Of a stretch of DNA of 64,000 nucleotides, positions 35,186-47,811 are shown piece by piece (position 1 is the stretch's first letter; each line of letters starts with the position of its first letter). The stretch is taken from positions 1,550,001 to 1,614,000 of the forward strand of contig AP026125.1 in assembly GCA_030295235.1 (NCBI GenBank), given 5' to 3'. A model generated the notes under the pieces. It did not search any database. It was not told the DNA's origin and worked only from the letters and a program-made list of their open reading frames with translations. This DNA comes from Fistulifera solaris. Its lineage: Eukaryota. The position numbers and the translations under genes are program-made.

Positions 35186-36652
35186 ATGGAAAAATGGAGA
35201 TCTGTTTTAGGTGTCCGTCAAAAGAGTAACAACGGAACGGAAGAAAAATTGAATCAAGAAGACCGCTATCAAAATGATTTGAAACAAGCACAAGCGCTGC
35301 AATCCACTCGGCGGAAGACAAAGAATCATCGTAGTGATACGACTGATAACAGCGTATTGCTCGGATTACAGGGTCTCGAACAAGCAGACAAGCTGCGTGA
35401 AACTGACATAGAGGAGGCGCTCTCATTGTACGAGTTATCATTGGAGGTACTGATTCGTTTTCTAAAGAATCCCGACTCGACGACGGCTCCACACGAACTC
35501 GAAACTCTTCAAGCTCGCGTTATTCAGGCAATGTCTTCCGCAGAGGCTCTCAAAGCAAAGCAGCCACAGCGAAAAGCTGATTCTCCGTCATCCAAGTCTC
35601 GCGAATCAAAACATCCTCAGCTGACACAGGCATTAACATCCGTCATCAATACCCCACAAAAACGAAAGAACAATTTGCCGGCCCGGAAGACAGTCACAAA
35701 TATCAGAGGTCCCCTGAAAACAGCAACGCCTTTACCTCCAGCTGGTGAGTCTGCTTCAACTATCCGGCAGACAGTTCTAGATGAGTTGTACGTGAATCCG
35801 GAAGACTTGCAAAAAACAAAATGGGAGGATATTGCGGGTTTGGACAACGTCAAACAGTCACTGCAGGAGGCCGCCATTTTGCCTCTCATGAGACCCGATT
35901 TGTTCACTGGACTACGGAAACCGCAAAATATTCTGCTATGGGGACCCCCGGGAACTGGCAAGACGATGCTGGTGCGAGCCGTAGCACGGGAAAGCAAATC
36001 CAACCTGTTCGTTTGTAGTGCAAGTTCATTGACAAGTAAGTGGATGGGGGAAGCCGAAAAGCTTGTACGTGCCTTATTTTCGGTAGCTGCTGAAATGTCA
36101 CCTTCCATCATATTTGTTGATGAAATGGACTCGCTTCTCTCCATTCGGAAGAGCGATGGGGAACACGAAGCCAGTCGGCGACTCAAAACCGAGTTTATGG
36201 TGCAAATGGACGGAGTGAAAGGCGACGACGAGCAGAGAGTGCTCGTTTTAGCATGCACCAATTGTCCTTGGGATATCGATTCGGCTGTACTACGTCGATT
36301 TCCGAGGAGACTGCTCGTGCCTTTACCGGATAAAGAGGCACGTCTGGGTTTGATCAAAAATCTTTTGAGGAAGGCTGGCAAGCATGCGCTGTCCTCTCGA
36401 GACATGCAAAAAGTAGTCAAGTGCACGCAAGGGTTCTCGTGCTCAGATATCACAGCAATAGCTTCGGAAGCCGCCTTTGGTCCTCTACGGTCTTTAGGAG
36501 ACATGGATGCTATACGAAAGGCAAGTGTAAAGGACGTGCGGCCTATCAACATCAAGGATTTTGATTCTGCTCTCGAGCAAGCCACGAAAAGTGTAAGTCC
36601 TTCACAGCTCAAGAGATATGCTGAATGGAAAGAAGAACAAGGGGCTGCATAG
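35186..36652 (+). CDS. MIT-domain microtubule-severing AAA ATPase (spastin/fidgetin-like)
   Basis: MIT-like helices; KWEDIAGL, GPPGTGKT, SLTSKWMGE, VDEMD, EHEASRRLKTEF, AVLRRF. Confidence 0.88.
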   Translation: MEKWRSVLGVRQKSNNGTEEKLNQEDRYQNDLKQAQALQSTRRKTKNHRSDTTDNSVLLGLQGLEQADKLRETDIEEALSLYELSLEVLIRFLKNPDSTTAPHELETLQARVIQAMSSAEALKAKQPQRKADSPSSKSRESKHPQLTQALTSVINTPQKRKNNLPARKTVTNIRGPLKTATPLPPAGESASTIRQTVLDELYVNPEDLQKTKWEDIAGLDNVKQSLQEAAILPLMRPDLFTGLRKPQNILLWGPPGTGKTMLVRAVARESKSNLFVCSASSLTSKWMGEAEKLVRALFSVAAEMSPSIIFVDEMDSLLSIRKSDGEHEASRRLKTEFMVQMDGVKGDDEQRVLVLACTNCPWDIDSAVLRRFPRRLLVPLPDKEARLGLIKNLLRKAGKHALSSRDMQKVVKCTQGFSCSDITAIASEAAFGPLRSLGDMDAIRKASVKDVRPINIKDFDSALEQATKSVSPSQLKRYAEWKEEQGAA

Positions 36653-36757
36653 TAGATGATTAGCATAGTACATACGGATGCTTTATATCATTTGCGTGGC
36701 ATAGTACAGCCAAATTTGTGGCGGCGCAGTTAGTTGAAACAAACAGACAAACAGAGC

Positions 36758-37687
36758 TCATTCCTTCCCCGGACAACAGAGCGAAAACATGTTCTTGTTT
36801 GCTTTGGGTGGCGGTATTTCAAATGCTTCCGGTATAGCCAAAATGCGTTCCTTGGTGTACTTGGTTCGACGGGGGGATACTTCCGCGGGCTTCGTGACCA
36901 TAAGACAAGCTGCATCCTCGTTTTGTAACGCCATTCGAACTGCTTCGGAGGGTTTGCCTCCGCTATGCTGCTGCAACATGTCAGCTGCTACCAAAGGATC
37001 CTTTGAAAGGTGAATCCGGAGTGCTCTTCAGACAAGTCAAGCTGAAGAGAGGTGAGCTCATTATACGTTTTTACTGCGTTTCGTCAAGAATGTCTCTTAC
37101 CTTCAAATGATCCGCATCGATAACATCAATCGGCTTAATCTTTCCGTTAAAATCTGTATCTTGAACAGTGGCAACGAAGAATAAGCGGTTCTTATGCATG
37201 TTTGTACGGTCCGCTAGCCGCAAAGGATTGACACGATGCAATTGAGACCGTAGATCCAGTCCAGTTTCTTCGAACAGCTCACGAACAGCGCCTTTCTTGG
37301 CCGCAATTAATAATTGCTCGGTTGAATCCCTAGTTTCATTGGCTGGCAAGCAAATACATTGATAAGCTTAGCCTTAATTTTCCGAACAAACAAGAGATGA
37401 TGAATGAAACACTCAATTTACTTACCAGCTTCTTTGAATTCGAAATCATCCACGTGCCCGCCAGGTAGCTGCCAGTGTGGACCTTTGTTCTTTTTTCTCG
37501 TGCAATGGAGTAAGAGCATTCCGTGTTTCTCATGAACCGCTATCAAGAAGGCGCGGTAATCCGTCCCGGGGATCACCACCGGTGACTCGATCGATGTGGG
37601 CGAAGGAGCCACGTCGGTTTTGTTTGCTGATTGCCAGCGCGAAGCCAAGCGAAACGGAGATAGCAGCACAGAGGTGGAATCGAACAT
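36758..37687 (-). CDS. Nudix hydrolase; introns 37343-37425 and 37042-37100; frameshift ~37005
   Basis: WQLPGGHVD...AVRELFEETGL Nudix box; spliced LDLSEEHSGF. Confidence 0.82.
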
Positions 37688-38070
37688 GTTGCTCTTAAAA
37701 TGGAATATGATACGGCGTAGAAGCTATCGCTTGTGAAGAGAATGAATGTGAACGTGTTCTGCGCAAATAAATATTTTTTCGAATTTTCACGAGAAAATCC
37801 ATGCTGTCGTCATGCTTCAATGTGAGTACCGTACCTATAACCTTAACCGATAATACTCGAGCTAAAGATGTCCTTCGGCGTAGCCCCGTGTTTCTAGCTA
37901 AAGGAAAGCCTGAATGAATACCGGCTCCTATTCCATATGATAGATGATTTGGATGAAATGAAAAGAAGGTCATCAGAGTCGCCAGTTTTACGAGATAAAT
38001 TACCAAGTACAAGTTTCGGTAGTTAGACAGTGATCATTCGCGAAAGTTCAAATAAGCAAGCGCCCTCTCT

Positions 38071-39229
38071 CTAGAGGTATTCTTGAACCGCACGAAGACT
38101 CCACTGATACAATGAATCTTCTAAAGCTTCATCATACGATTCGACGGAAGATCTTTGAGATGCCACGCGTGCCGTGACACGCTGAAACGCTCCAACTATT
38201 AACAGGAACACCCACACCATAGCATCACGTACTCCAGTAAGATAAAACATCGGATGATGAAAATAATCGGAGAGAAAAGCTAGTCCGAAGACCGATGCAC
38301 TTGTTAGGTAGTCACCTTTGTCGTCTTCCATGAAAATCGCCATTAAAGGAGTAGCGATTCCCCATCCGTCCACGGGAAAACCAAGATCCATGGCCTTTTT
38401 AAACGTTCGACCACCAATATTGGTGCCAACAATCCCCGGACAGACACTGACAATCCGTGCTTTCGGTGATTTACTCCACAATGGATGATTGCGACGCAAA
38501 GCTCGCGCGTGTAAAATTTGAGCCAACTTGGAGTTGGAATAGGATCTTGACGAACGCAACAACCCTCCTATACCAGCATTGCCACCCTTCTTGGCTGCTA
38601 CAGGTATATTGTCTGTACCTTGAGCCATCAAGTCCGAACCATCGACCGAGTAGTGAAAGGAAGAAGCCACTTGCACGATGGTAGGACGTTGTGTAGCATT
38701 GTTATGCATAGCGGCGGAAAGCTTTTCTGTCAGGGAGGAAGTGGGACAGATAGTTTACTGTGAACACCATATCATGTCCTTGTGCTGATACTCGATCGCC
38801 CTTCCAGTTATTGAGACCGTCGTGCATTCCTGCATTATTGATGAGAATGTCAATGTGATCGTACTTTGACAGAATCTCATCCGCGGCCTTGGCGACCGAA
38901 GCCAGGTCGGTAAAATCAGCCACAAAAGGCTGTACAGTGCTCACTTCCTCTTTTAGTTGATTGAGTTTCGTCGAACTTCTGCCAATACCTACAACCGTAG
39001 CGCCCAACTTGGATAAGGCTTTGGTCATTGACAACCCAATGCCACTGGTGCAGCCTGTCACAACAACAATCTTGCCTTGCAAAGGCTCGTCGTTCGTTGT
39101 ATCCTTCAGATCGTAGTACTTGTGGGCTAATGGAATGACAGTTCCTTTCCAGTCAAGCTCACGATGAGGAACCGCAGCCAGGGCCGCTAGAACCACAACG
39201 AGCGTGACAATGATGGGGAGTTGCCACAT
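38071..39229 (-). CDS. Short-chain dehydrogenase/reductase (retinol-dehydrogenase-like) with N-terminal anchor; frameshift ~38735
   Basis: VVTGCTSGIG, LINNAG, VNYLSHF, VASS, YSNSK (YxxxK), VCPG. Confidence 0.88.
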
Positions 39230-39472
39230 GCTGGTATGTTTTGTCGTTTTATTTCGTCGTTGTGTCATTCTTATATAACAAACGGATGATAGTGATAGAA
39301 CAAGAATCTGGAAAAGACTACGTTAAGATGAGAATCGAAGATATGCAGTAAAAGGCAATTGAATTCGTTCATTCGTCGTCTTTTTCTTTCTTTCTTTCTT
39401 TCATTTTTCTCTCTCCATAAAATAACTCCAAGGTCAATTATTCCCCTTTGTCGACGACGAGCAAGAAGATGT

Positions 39473-39720
39473 CACACAGAATTTCTGTGTGTTTGGTCCA
39501 GAAATTCTGGACCACCAGTGTTTGCGATCATACAGAATTTCTGTGTGTTTGGTCCAGAAATTCTGGACCATCAGCTTGCGGTTGCGATCATACAGAAATT
39601 CTGTGGTCGTCGTTCCAGAAATTCTGGAACATCGGTGGTGTTTGCGATCATACAGATATTCTGTAAAGTAGTCGTTCCAGAAATTCTGGAATATCGGTGT
39701 TTTGGGTTACAGAAATTTCG
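39473..39720. repeat. Tandem array of ~56-60-bp units, each with two CAGAAWTTCTG-centred palindromes
   Basis: Units start at ~39475, 39531, 39591, 39651 and 39708 (partial). Confidence 0.9.
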
Positions 39721-40201
39721 TGACTCCGTTTGAGCTGCTAGCCTACCTCATTAACTTCAATGCCGTAGCCCACATTAGAAAGGGGTCTTTCAATGCACGC
39801 TTCGACTGTATTCATCAACATTTTCTGTTAAAATGTTATCGTCCTATTGGTATGTTGTCCGTTTTTCGGCATGACTGCATTCCAGTCATGAGTCGTCACC
39901 ATGACCTTACCGCGCTAAACTGTCATGAAACCTCCGTTCGTGTCTAGCTTGTTAAAACGTATAAGCGATAGTAGTTTAATACATTCTTAAAAGCAGCAGT
40001 AGCCGTCCAAAAGCTATGATTCGTTACGTCGGAAGCCAATAAGAGGCAACTCTCTTTGTCTTTCAAAGTGTTATCCGTGTTTCGCCACGACTGCGTTCTC
40101 TAGAGTCACGAGTCGTCGTCATGCCGCTCCCGCACAGCCGCAGCTTTACTGCCACCAAACAGTATTCAATTGCAAATAAATACTTGACTATCGTAAACAT
40201 T

Positions 40202-41578
40202 ATGTTTGACCTCGAATCATCCATCATATCGCGCTACCAAGGTGAAGCTCGCTTGCAGCGACTCCTTTGGGTCGCGACCGAAGCTTCTCCAGAAGTACGC
40301 CAGGCCGCCTTGCCGCTCGCGAAGGAATACGCACAGCAAGTAGGAAATATCCGTCGCTTTCAAGAGACGTGTCATTTACTTCAACAGAACGATGACGCAT
40401 GGGTGAATCACCGGATGGTACAAAATCGACAAGACCGCGAAATTTTGATGCAGCGCTTGAGTGTCGCGCAGGCGCATTTGAACAAAGAAGCGATCCGCGT
40501 CGCGTACTTGGCTCTGGCGGAACACGATACGCAGACGGGAGAATTGCGCGAAGCGCTGCATTCGGCCGTGCGGGCCAAAGATTATTGTACCAATCGTTCG
40601 CATACGGCCGTCGTGTCGCTGTATGTTCTACAAATTGCTCTCTATCAGCAGAACTACAAGACCGTGCAAGATTATTCGAACAAATTGCAGCACATTCTCA
40701 ATCAAGTAGAGACTGCGGTCAAGTACAAAGTCTTGATCGCTACAGGACTCGAACGTCTGGCGGCGCATGAGTATACTGCGGCTGCTAGCAAATTTGTGGA
40801 AGCGCTGTATTGTGCGATGGAGCATAATAGTGTCGAAGGGAACGAGCCGCTTTCGTGGAATGATGTACTCGCTCCCGAAGACGTGGCTTTATTCGCTGCT
40901 TTCTTGTCACTGGCGGCGAACGCATCCCGTGACTCGCTCATTCAGTTAGCAGAACATCCGGAAGCTTTGGAACTCATACCGATTGCTCGAGAGATCTTGT
41001 TGCAATTCGCCCAACGCGCCAACTACAAAGCCACCTGGCAGTTGCTCGAGCAGCATTTGTTCCCCGCATTGAAACTCGATTTGTATTTGGGCCTTCATTT
41101 TGAAGCCTTGAAGCAGCATGTACGCGAGAAGTGCCTGTTGCAGTATTGGAAATCATATGACCGCGTCGAGCTCTCGGCGTTGGCGGAGCACATGGGACCT
41201 GGACTGGTTCCTCCCGAGCAGTGCACGGATTTGTGCGTGTCTTTGATCCAAAAGCGTCTCTTCCCGACGGATACTCGCATCAATCTGCAGGATGGTGTCT
41301 TGGTCCGAGTTCCGGTAGAATCGGTCATGGAAAAGACACAGAGACGACTGAACAGTGCTACCGAACGCACACTTGACGATACCTACGCTATGATGATCCG
41401 ACTGGCCTGCGTGGATCATAATTTGGTAATTGCGGATCCGCATGGACGTAAACGACGAGGAGGCGGGTGGGCTGGGCACGCCCCTGCAGCGGGCTCTGTT
41501 GTATTCGACGAAGAGAAAAGCGATGAAGAAGTCGAAGAGCGAATGGATGATGCCATGAATCCAGAAGACATGTATTGA
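40202..41578 (+). CDS. CSN1: COP9 signalosome subunit 1
   Basis: RYQGEARLQRLLWVA, KEAIRVAYLALAEH..G.L..A.....RAKDYCT, LKLDLYL, PCI-like C-terminus. Confidence 0.85.
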   Translation: MFDLESSIISRYQGEARLQRLLWVATEASPEVRQAALPLAKEYAQQVGNIRRFQETCHLLQQNDDAWVNHRMVQNRQDREILMQRLSVAQAHLNKEAIRVAYLALAEHDTQTGELREALHSAVRAKDYCTNRSHTAVVSLYVLQIALYQQNYKTVQDYSNKLQHILNQVETAVKYKVLIATGLERLAAHEYTAAASKFVEALYCAMEHNSVEGNEPLSWNDVLAPEDVALFAAFLSLAANASRDSLIQLAEHPEALELIPIAREILLQFAQRANYKATWQLLEQHLFPALKLDLYLGLHFEALKQHVREKCLLQYWKSYDRVELSALAEHMGPGLVPPEQCTDLCVSLIQKRLFPTDTRINLQDGVLVRVPVESVMEKTQRRLNSATERTLDDTYAMMIRLACVDHNLVIADPHGRKRRGGGWAGHAPAAGSVVFDEEKSDEEVEERMDDAMNPEDMY

Positions 41579-42117
41579 TGCCCTGACAGATAGTGCAGAC
41601 CATGGACTGTGGGTAATAACAGGTCTAGATGTTGAATTTCACGCTTGTAATTTCGCTAGGACTTTGAGTGATGACAAACGACGACAATGCTGCAGTCCTA
41701 GCATTGCCGACCATTTCACTCCATTAATCAAACGTCTTTGCTACAGCTTTTAAGACAATTGTTAGCTGGTGTGATGTTGTTGGACATACCGTAATGGGTC
41801 CCTGGTACTTGTACTGTATCTATGCCTAGGCTGCCGAAAATCTAAGCTTCGACGACAAGACACAAGACAGGCGGTGGACGTCTGGCATTCGACAGTATCG
41901 GAATATGTGACGTGTTTTTGCCGTTTTCGATTTGTCGACCGAACGAAGAAGAAATAGAGAGTGAATGCGACACAATAAAGGGCAACGACAGTGCAAAAGA
42001 GACCTAAAACAACAACTTCAGTTATGATATATGAGAACTAGACTGCTTGTCTGTGGAAATCGGCAACCGTAACGCATCGTTCGCTCTGAGGAAAGCAATT
42101 CATAGTGATATCGCACG

Positions 42118-42905
42118 ATGGTTGTAAACAGATGTTTTTACTGGTCTGCTTTGTTGAGCCTATGTTTGACCTCATCGCACGGCTTTTCATCAATAGCCCG
42201 ACCACAGAGACCCTGCAGTGCCTTGGGAGCTAGTCGCATAAGTGAGGAAAGGAGAAAAGAGTTAATGTCGAGGGATGCGCTTTTCTTTGAAATCGACCAA
42301 TCGAAGTCCAAGATTGAATTCGGTGCAAGCATCGATTTAGTGACGAATCTCGAAGAGAAAGGTGATAGGGAAGCCATTGAAGAATGGCTTAGAGACGGCC
42401 GTACACTGGCGTTGTCGATTTGGGACGATATTGAGGAGCTTTCCGAAAACATGTACAAACTACGGATCATGAAACTTCAGTTCGTCACACTCCAACTACA
42501 ACCTACCGTGGATGTTCAGATGAAAACCGTTACCGCCCGGTCCGTGAAAGATCCCCAGCGCGAATTTCCTTTGTTTCGACTGCAATCAACTGACTTTGAT
42601 CCCCACTTGGAAGTCTTACCTGGAATGAAGATAGCGGCAGAGACGTTGGGGATCGTCATTCATGTGGTGGGAGACTTACGACCTACGATGGACGGTAGAG
42701 GTGTGACGGGCAAAGTATCGTTTGCTACCACTGGTAACTTACCCCCGCTTTGGCGATTTTACCGCAAGGAGTATTGAAGACTGCCGCAAACTCCATCAAT
42801 AAAACCATCATCTCATTTGCATCCAAAAGCTTTGAAAATGGGGCAAGGGCAAGGTATGAGCAGTTTCGAGCAAATAGGAAAGAAACTAGCGACACAGTAG
42901 CATAG
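42118..42905 (+). CDS. Plastid-targeted DUF1997-like protein; frameshift ~42745
   Basis: Signal peptide ending SHG|F; YKLRIMKLQFVTLQLQPTVDV; corrected C-terminus LAILPQGVLKTAANSINKTI to TAG 42905. Confidence 0.65.
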
Positions 42906-42958
42906 TCGACTGTATATATTACTCTTGTTTCGAATTACGCAGAAATACTTTTGTATTA

Positions 42959-43958
42959 TTAGGTTTCTAGGACAAGCCCATCGTGGGCGAATTGGATGTT
43001 TCCGTGTTTTTGCCTTAGCTGACGATTCATGTCATCGTGAAGCGGAAAGGCGTCGCAGTTCATACCAAGTAGATACGTCATTTTCCTGGGGGCTATCTCA
43101 TGAGACATCACGATAGCCTGCTTCATACTGTAGTGGACGGGGTGTTCTTGGTCTGGATTCAGTGCATCGATGATCAACACATCCGTTGGAGGCAATTTGG
43201 AGCGAATGTAATCCAAAGTCTCAGGAAGCATGCGTGAAATGTCCGATAAATACACTACATTCGTGCGGCCTACAGTAAACGAGAAGCCGTAGGAAACCAA
43301 GTCTTCTCCGTGAATGACTGGTAAGGGCGTAACTTTCAATGTACCAATGGTGAAAGGAGAAAACTTTTCGAACACTGTAACTTGGAATGACGCTACGTGG
43401 CGTTCCACTCGTGGCTTGCCCTCGTCCACGATGACAGCTGTTGCCTTTGGCAATAGCCAGGGAAATTGATTTTGTAAAGCTTTCAAGCACTCTGATGATA
43501 AGAAAAGAGGCATCGCAACCGACCCAAGTCGCTTTTCTCCGTCAAACTTCCAGCGTTGAAAGCCTCGAACGTCATCCAATCCGGCGGCGGCATCCATGTG
43601 TTGGTGGGTCAAAATGATGGCGTCTAACTGTGTCGCTCCCACTTCTGGTAACCATCTCAGTGCACCTTCTCGAAACGTTTTTCCGACATCAATAATTACG
43701 TTCGTTCCGTTTTCTAACATGATGAGCAGTGATGGATTGTTGCGGTAGTTTTTGTTGTATTTTGGGTTTCCCCGAGAAGCTACTTTCGAAACATGACGAC
43801 AATACTTTTCCATTCGAGCCAGTGCCGAGGAAAACAATCTTCGATTGAACTTTATCACCATCGCAATTAGACTTTGGCAAGGATATTCCGCGCAACAAAA
43901 ATCCAGAAGTAGCGATAGCCGAGAATAAAAAGCGCTCTATGAGTTGATTGCTTATCAT
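42959..43958 (-). CDS. PhnP-like metallo-beta-lactamase hydrolase; frame break/deletion at ~43815
   Basis: IVFLGTGS, RNNPSLLI, IDVGKTFRE, THQHMDAAAGLDDVR, PVIHG, YLSDIS, HYS, AHDGL. Confidence 0.85.
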
Positions 43959-44183
43959 TCTTGCGATAATCTAATTTAATTCATGTTGCAATCAAGGAAA
44001 TAACTTGGTTGCAATGCCTGCGCTTATATTCGGCACGTAAAAAATCGTTCCTGTCTCGTGACTGAAATCAACTCGTAGTAACTTTAAGGCTACGACAGTA
44101 TGTAACCGAACATGATATATAAAAGTTATACTTGTACATCATGCAATTGTGTCTTAACATATTTATAATAGTCCGATGGGTGA

Positions 44184-47100
44184 TCATCGACTAATAAAGT
44201 TACTTCGACGCCCAACCGTTTTTCTGGAATATGCGAAAAAGATATGGATAATCTGATAGACTGGAAATGCACCTAAGCCAAGGATCATTGACACTACCCA
44301 GTACTTCAGTTCCAGACCATCATCGGCAACTTTGAAGGCAATGGAACCGAACTCGACAATGAGGGCCTGCAGCACAGCTGTTGTGATCCAGATGCCATAA
44401 AAAAGCGGATTGTTAAAAACGCCAGAAAACACGTTGACTAAAGTACAACAATGGGTGAGAAACAGAAAGAAGCAGCAATAGCTTTGATTTTCTGAAGACA
44501 AAAAGTACTTACATTCCCCCCTTCAGATTACGGCAGTTGATCTCATTAAAAAGTTGCATCCACACAAAGGTATTGAAGATGAGCGTGTAATGAACAGAGT
44601 TGATGTCGTCTTCATAAAGAATGTGGCCCGCTTCCATACCATCAAAGATGTCCGGTCCTTTGAACAACAAAACCATTACAACAATGACCTGGTAAGCAGC
44701 TTGACCAAGCATGTTAGCAAGCATGTGGTTTGTGATCATGCTATCAGTACGATTGACCGGAGGCTTTTGAAGGAGGGATTCCAAAGGAGGCTCAGATGCC
44801 AGAGCTAAACTTGCCAATGAATCCATCAGCAAGTTTACCCACAACAACTGAATGGCGGCCAACGGACTAATTTGGTAAGTAAACGCTCCAACAAGGGCAG
44901 TGATGACGGCCGCAATATTCACGGTGAGCTGAAACTGCAAGAACTTTTGAATAGAAGCATAAACGTTACGACCCCACTTGGCTGCAGTGACGATAGACGC
45001 AAAGTTGTCGTCGATTAGGATAATGTCCGCGGCATCCTTCGCAATCTGAGTACCGGCGATACCCATGGCAAAACCAATGTCAGCACGTTTCAAAGCAGGA
45101 GCGTCGTTGGTTCCGTCACCCGTCATAGCAACCACCTGACGATCTGGGAAGATGCGGATTCCGTCTTCCGCTAGAAGACGCTTGCAAACCTCCTTGTCGG
45201 CAAACAGGTTCGACTGGTTGAGACCGTGTGCCAACGTAAGCTTGTCGTCTGGAGAACTGCGAGCCAGAACGCGAAGGTGCGGCCAGATCTTGTCAAACTC
45301 GGCCTGGTCGAACTCCGATGTGCCGTCCTTTGAAACTCGATAGACCTTGCTTCGGAACGTCTTTCCTTCCATCAAAATGTTCTCTTTCAAATTGTCCGCA
45401 ACACGTTCTGTCGTTCCTTCGATGAAATGGAAATCACGAAGAATGCCGGCCTGGTAAGCGATGCTCACAGCCGTGTTCGGACTGTCACCTGTAACAAGAC
45501 GGACATCAATACCGGCAGTGTAGCATTTCTCAATAGCTCCAGGGACTTCGGGGCGCAAAGGATCTTCAATACCGACAAGCGCAAGGAGTGTGAGCTCTGT
45601 CTCTCCTTCGAAGGCAGGAGAACCGTCCGAGTTCGTGAGGGTAGCACTGAGAGAATCAAGGTCGAATCCTGCCGGCAAGTCACGGTATGCCAAAGCCAAG
45701 CACCTCATACCGCGGCGCGCATAGCCCAAAGCCACATCTTGCATGATCTGAGAATCCGCTGTCGACATGTCAGAATCTTCTCCCAAAATCCCCACAAATT
45801 TGGTGCATCGGGCCAGGATGACTTCAGCCGCACCCTTGCTGTACAAGCGATATCGGTCACCCTCCAAAGGCACGGCCCAGCTCATCATTTTACGAGCAGA
45901 AGAGAAGCCGTACTGTTTACCCTGCGACAGAAACTCGCCGAGTTTGCCTTTGTCTGAACGCCCCTTAGTGGTGTCGCGAATATTTTCAACGCTCTCTCCA
46001 AGTTCATGGACTACATGAAGAAGCGCCAACTCTGTTGGGTTACCGGATGAGCTCAATTCTTTCCCATTATTATCAAAGTAAAGAACTGTCTCGTTCATTG
46101 AGTTAATGGAAATGCACTGACAAATCAAATCGATGACCGATTTGCCAAGGCCGCCTTGATGCGACATGACGTAACTGCCAAGGGTGACAGCAGGATCGTC
46201 GACGGCGTAATTCACTTTTCCGGAATAGAGCGCGCGGGCTGTCATCTTGTTTGCCGTCAATGTACCTAATAAGATATTTTGGTGAGCACAGAAAAATATG
46301 ACCATAACACATATATGCGCTGTAAAGCGTAATCTCGTACCTGTCTTATCCGTGCAAATCGTGGTAGCACATCCCATTGTCTCGCAAGCTTCAAGATGCT
46401 TCACAAGGTTCTGTTCGCTCATCATTTTATTGGAACTAAAGGCAAGAGAGAGCGTTACGGCAAGTGGTAGGCCCTCTGGAACTGCAACAGCCAACACAGT
46501 GATCGCAGTAACTAGGTAGTCCACAAGATTGCTCACACTATCTCCTTCAACACCCAGTCCAATAATGCAGCTTACAATGAACGCAATAGAAGCCGCGAAA
46601 GTTCCTCCAAGACCAATTTTCTTCGCGATGTCATCCAACTTGACATAAAGTGGGGAGTTCTCGCCCTCTCCGCCGAGTTCGTCTTCGTGATCCCCAGTTT
46701 CGTAAACACGAGCTTTGATTTTCCCCGATACGGAGTTTACTCCGACTGCAATCACGACCATTTTACCAGATCCTTGAGCTGCGTTGGTGCCACTGAGAAC
46801 AACATCGCCGGGATGCTTGCTGATCAAATGTGACTCTCCTGTCAAACTACTTTCGTTCATCTTCAAATCGCTGGCGGGTCCCAGTAACACGCAATCGGCA
46901 GGGATCGAAGCCAAGTTGTGACTGTTCACCGACAAAATATCACCAACAACGATGTCATCATCCGTGACAGAAATCTGCTTTCCATCGCGAATTACGGACT
47001 TGGTGTTGCTCTCGTGCAAGCTTTTCGAGAGACGGATAAAAGCAAATTGCTTCGCGTAGTCGATGCCGGCAGTGACCAAAATTACAATGCAAACCGAAAA

Positions 47101-47811
47101 GAGAATGGCAGCACCCTCGATCCAGCAGGTGTTGCACGGTCCCTCATGCGTTGTAGCCTCAACGACAATACTGATGGTACCGAGCACAATCAACATGCAT
47201 AGAACAAAATCGTGCGATGCCTCCCAGCACAACTGCAAAAAGCTTGTAAGCTTCTTCTCGGACAAGGCGTTAGTTCCGAACACTTCACGTCGGATCTCCA
47301 CCTCGCGAGGGTCAATTCCGGACTCAGGACTTGAGCGAAGAAGGACGGAAGTCAGGACGTTCGCCGCCATGTCCATCTCTTTGTGTCCTCCAGCATCATC
47401 GTCGTGACCGTCGCCCTTTTCTCCAATGTGACGAATCTTTGCGACCAGCTGCTCGACATCGCGGAGAAGCTTTTGCTCCGGAGACACTTTCTCGGGGTCT
47501 TCGTAGCTTGTCTTTGTGTCTTTGCCGTCACCTCCGGCGTACGTCTTCACTCCCTTTTCGAGGAGTTTCGCCAGAGCTTCAGGAGTTCTGTCATTACTGA
47601 GGATGCCCAACTCGGTAGCCGTGACAGGATAAGGAGCTGTGATGTCCCCAAGTTTAGTTCCGATAGAAGATGCAATCGATGCTTCGACTGCGGCTTCTAG
47701 ACCTCCAAAACGAGACCCTGGGTCTCTGTTCCCGGTGCTTCGCAAGCTCCCCTTCACTCCGGCTTCATCTTTACCGTCGGTCTCCGTAGCGCTACGATTA
47801 TCGTTCTCCAT
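44184..47811 (-). CDS. P-type IIB Ca2+-ATPase, copy A; introns 46266-46340 and 44438-44512
   Basis: SLTGES, AVPEGLPL, DKTG|TLT, KGAAE, DPLR, TGD, TGDGTNDAPALK, WVNLLMD, FNEIN. Confidence 0.95.

Noticed and set aside
35617..36666. 349-aa antisense ORF over the AAA ATPase
   Set aside because: Shadow ORF on the opposite strand of a conserved gene, with no recognisable motifs.
39473..39720. CRISPR array
   Set aside because: The intervening sequences are related to one another rather than unique spacers, there are no cas genes, and the context is eukaryotic.
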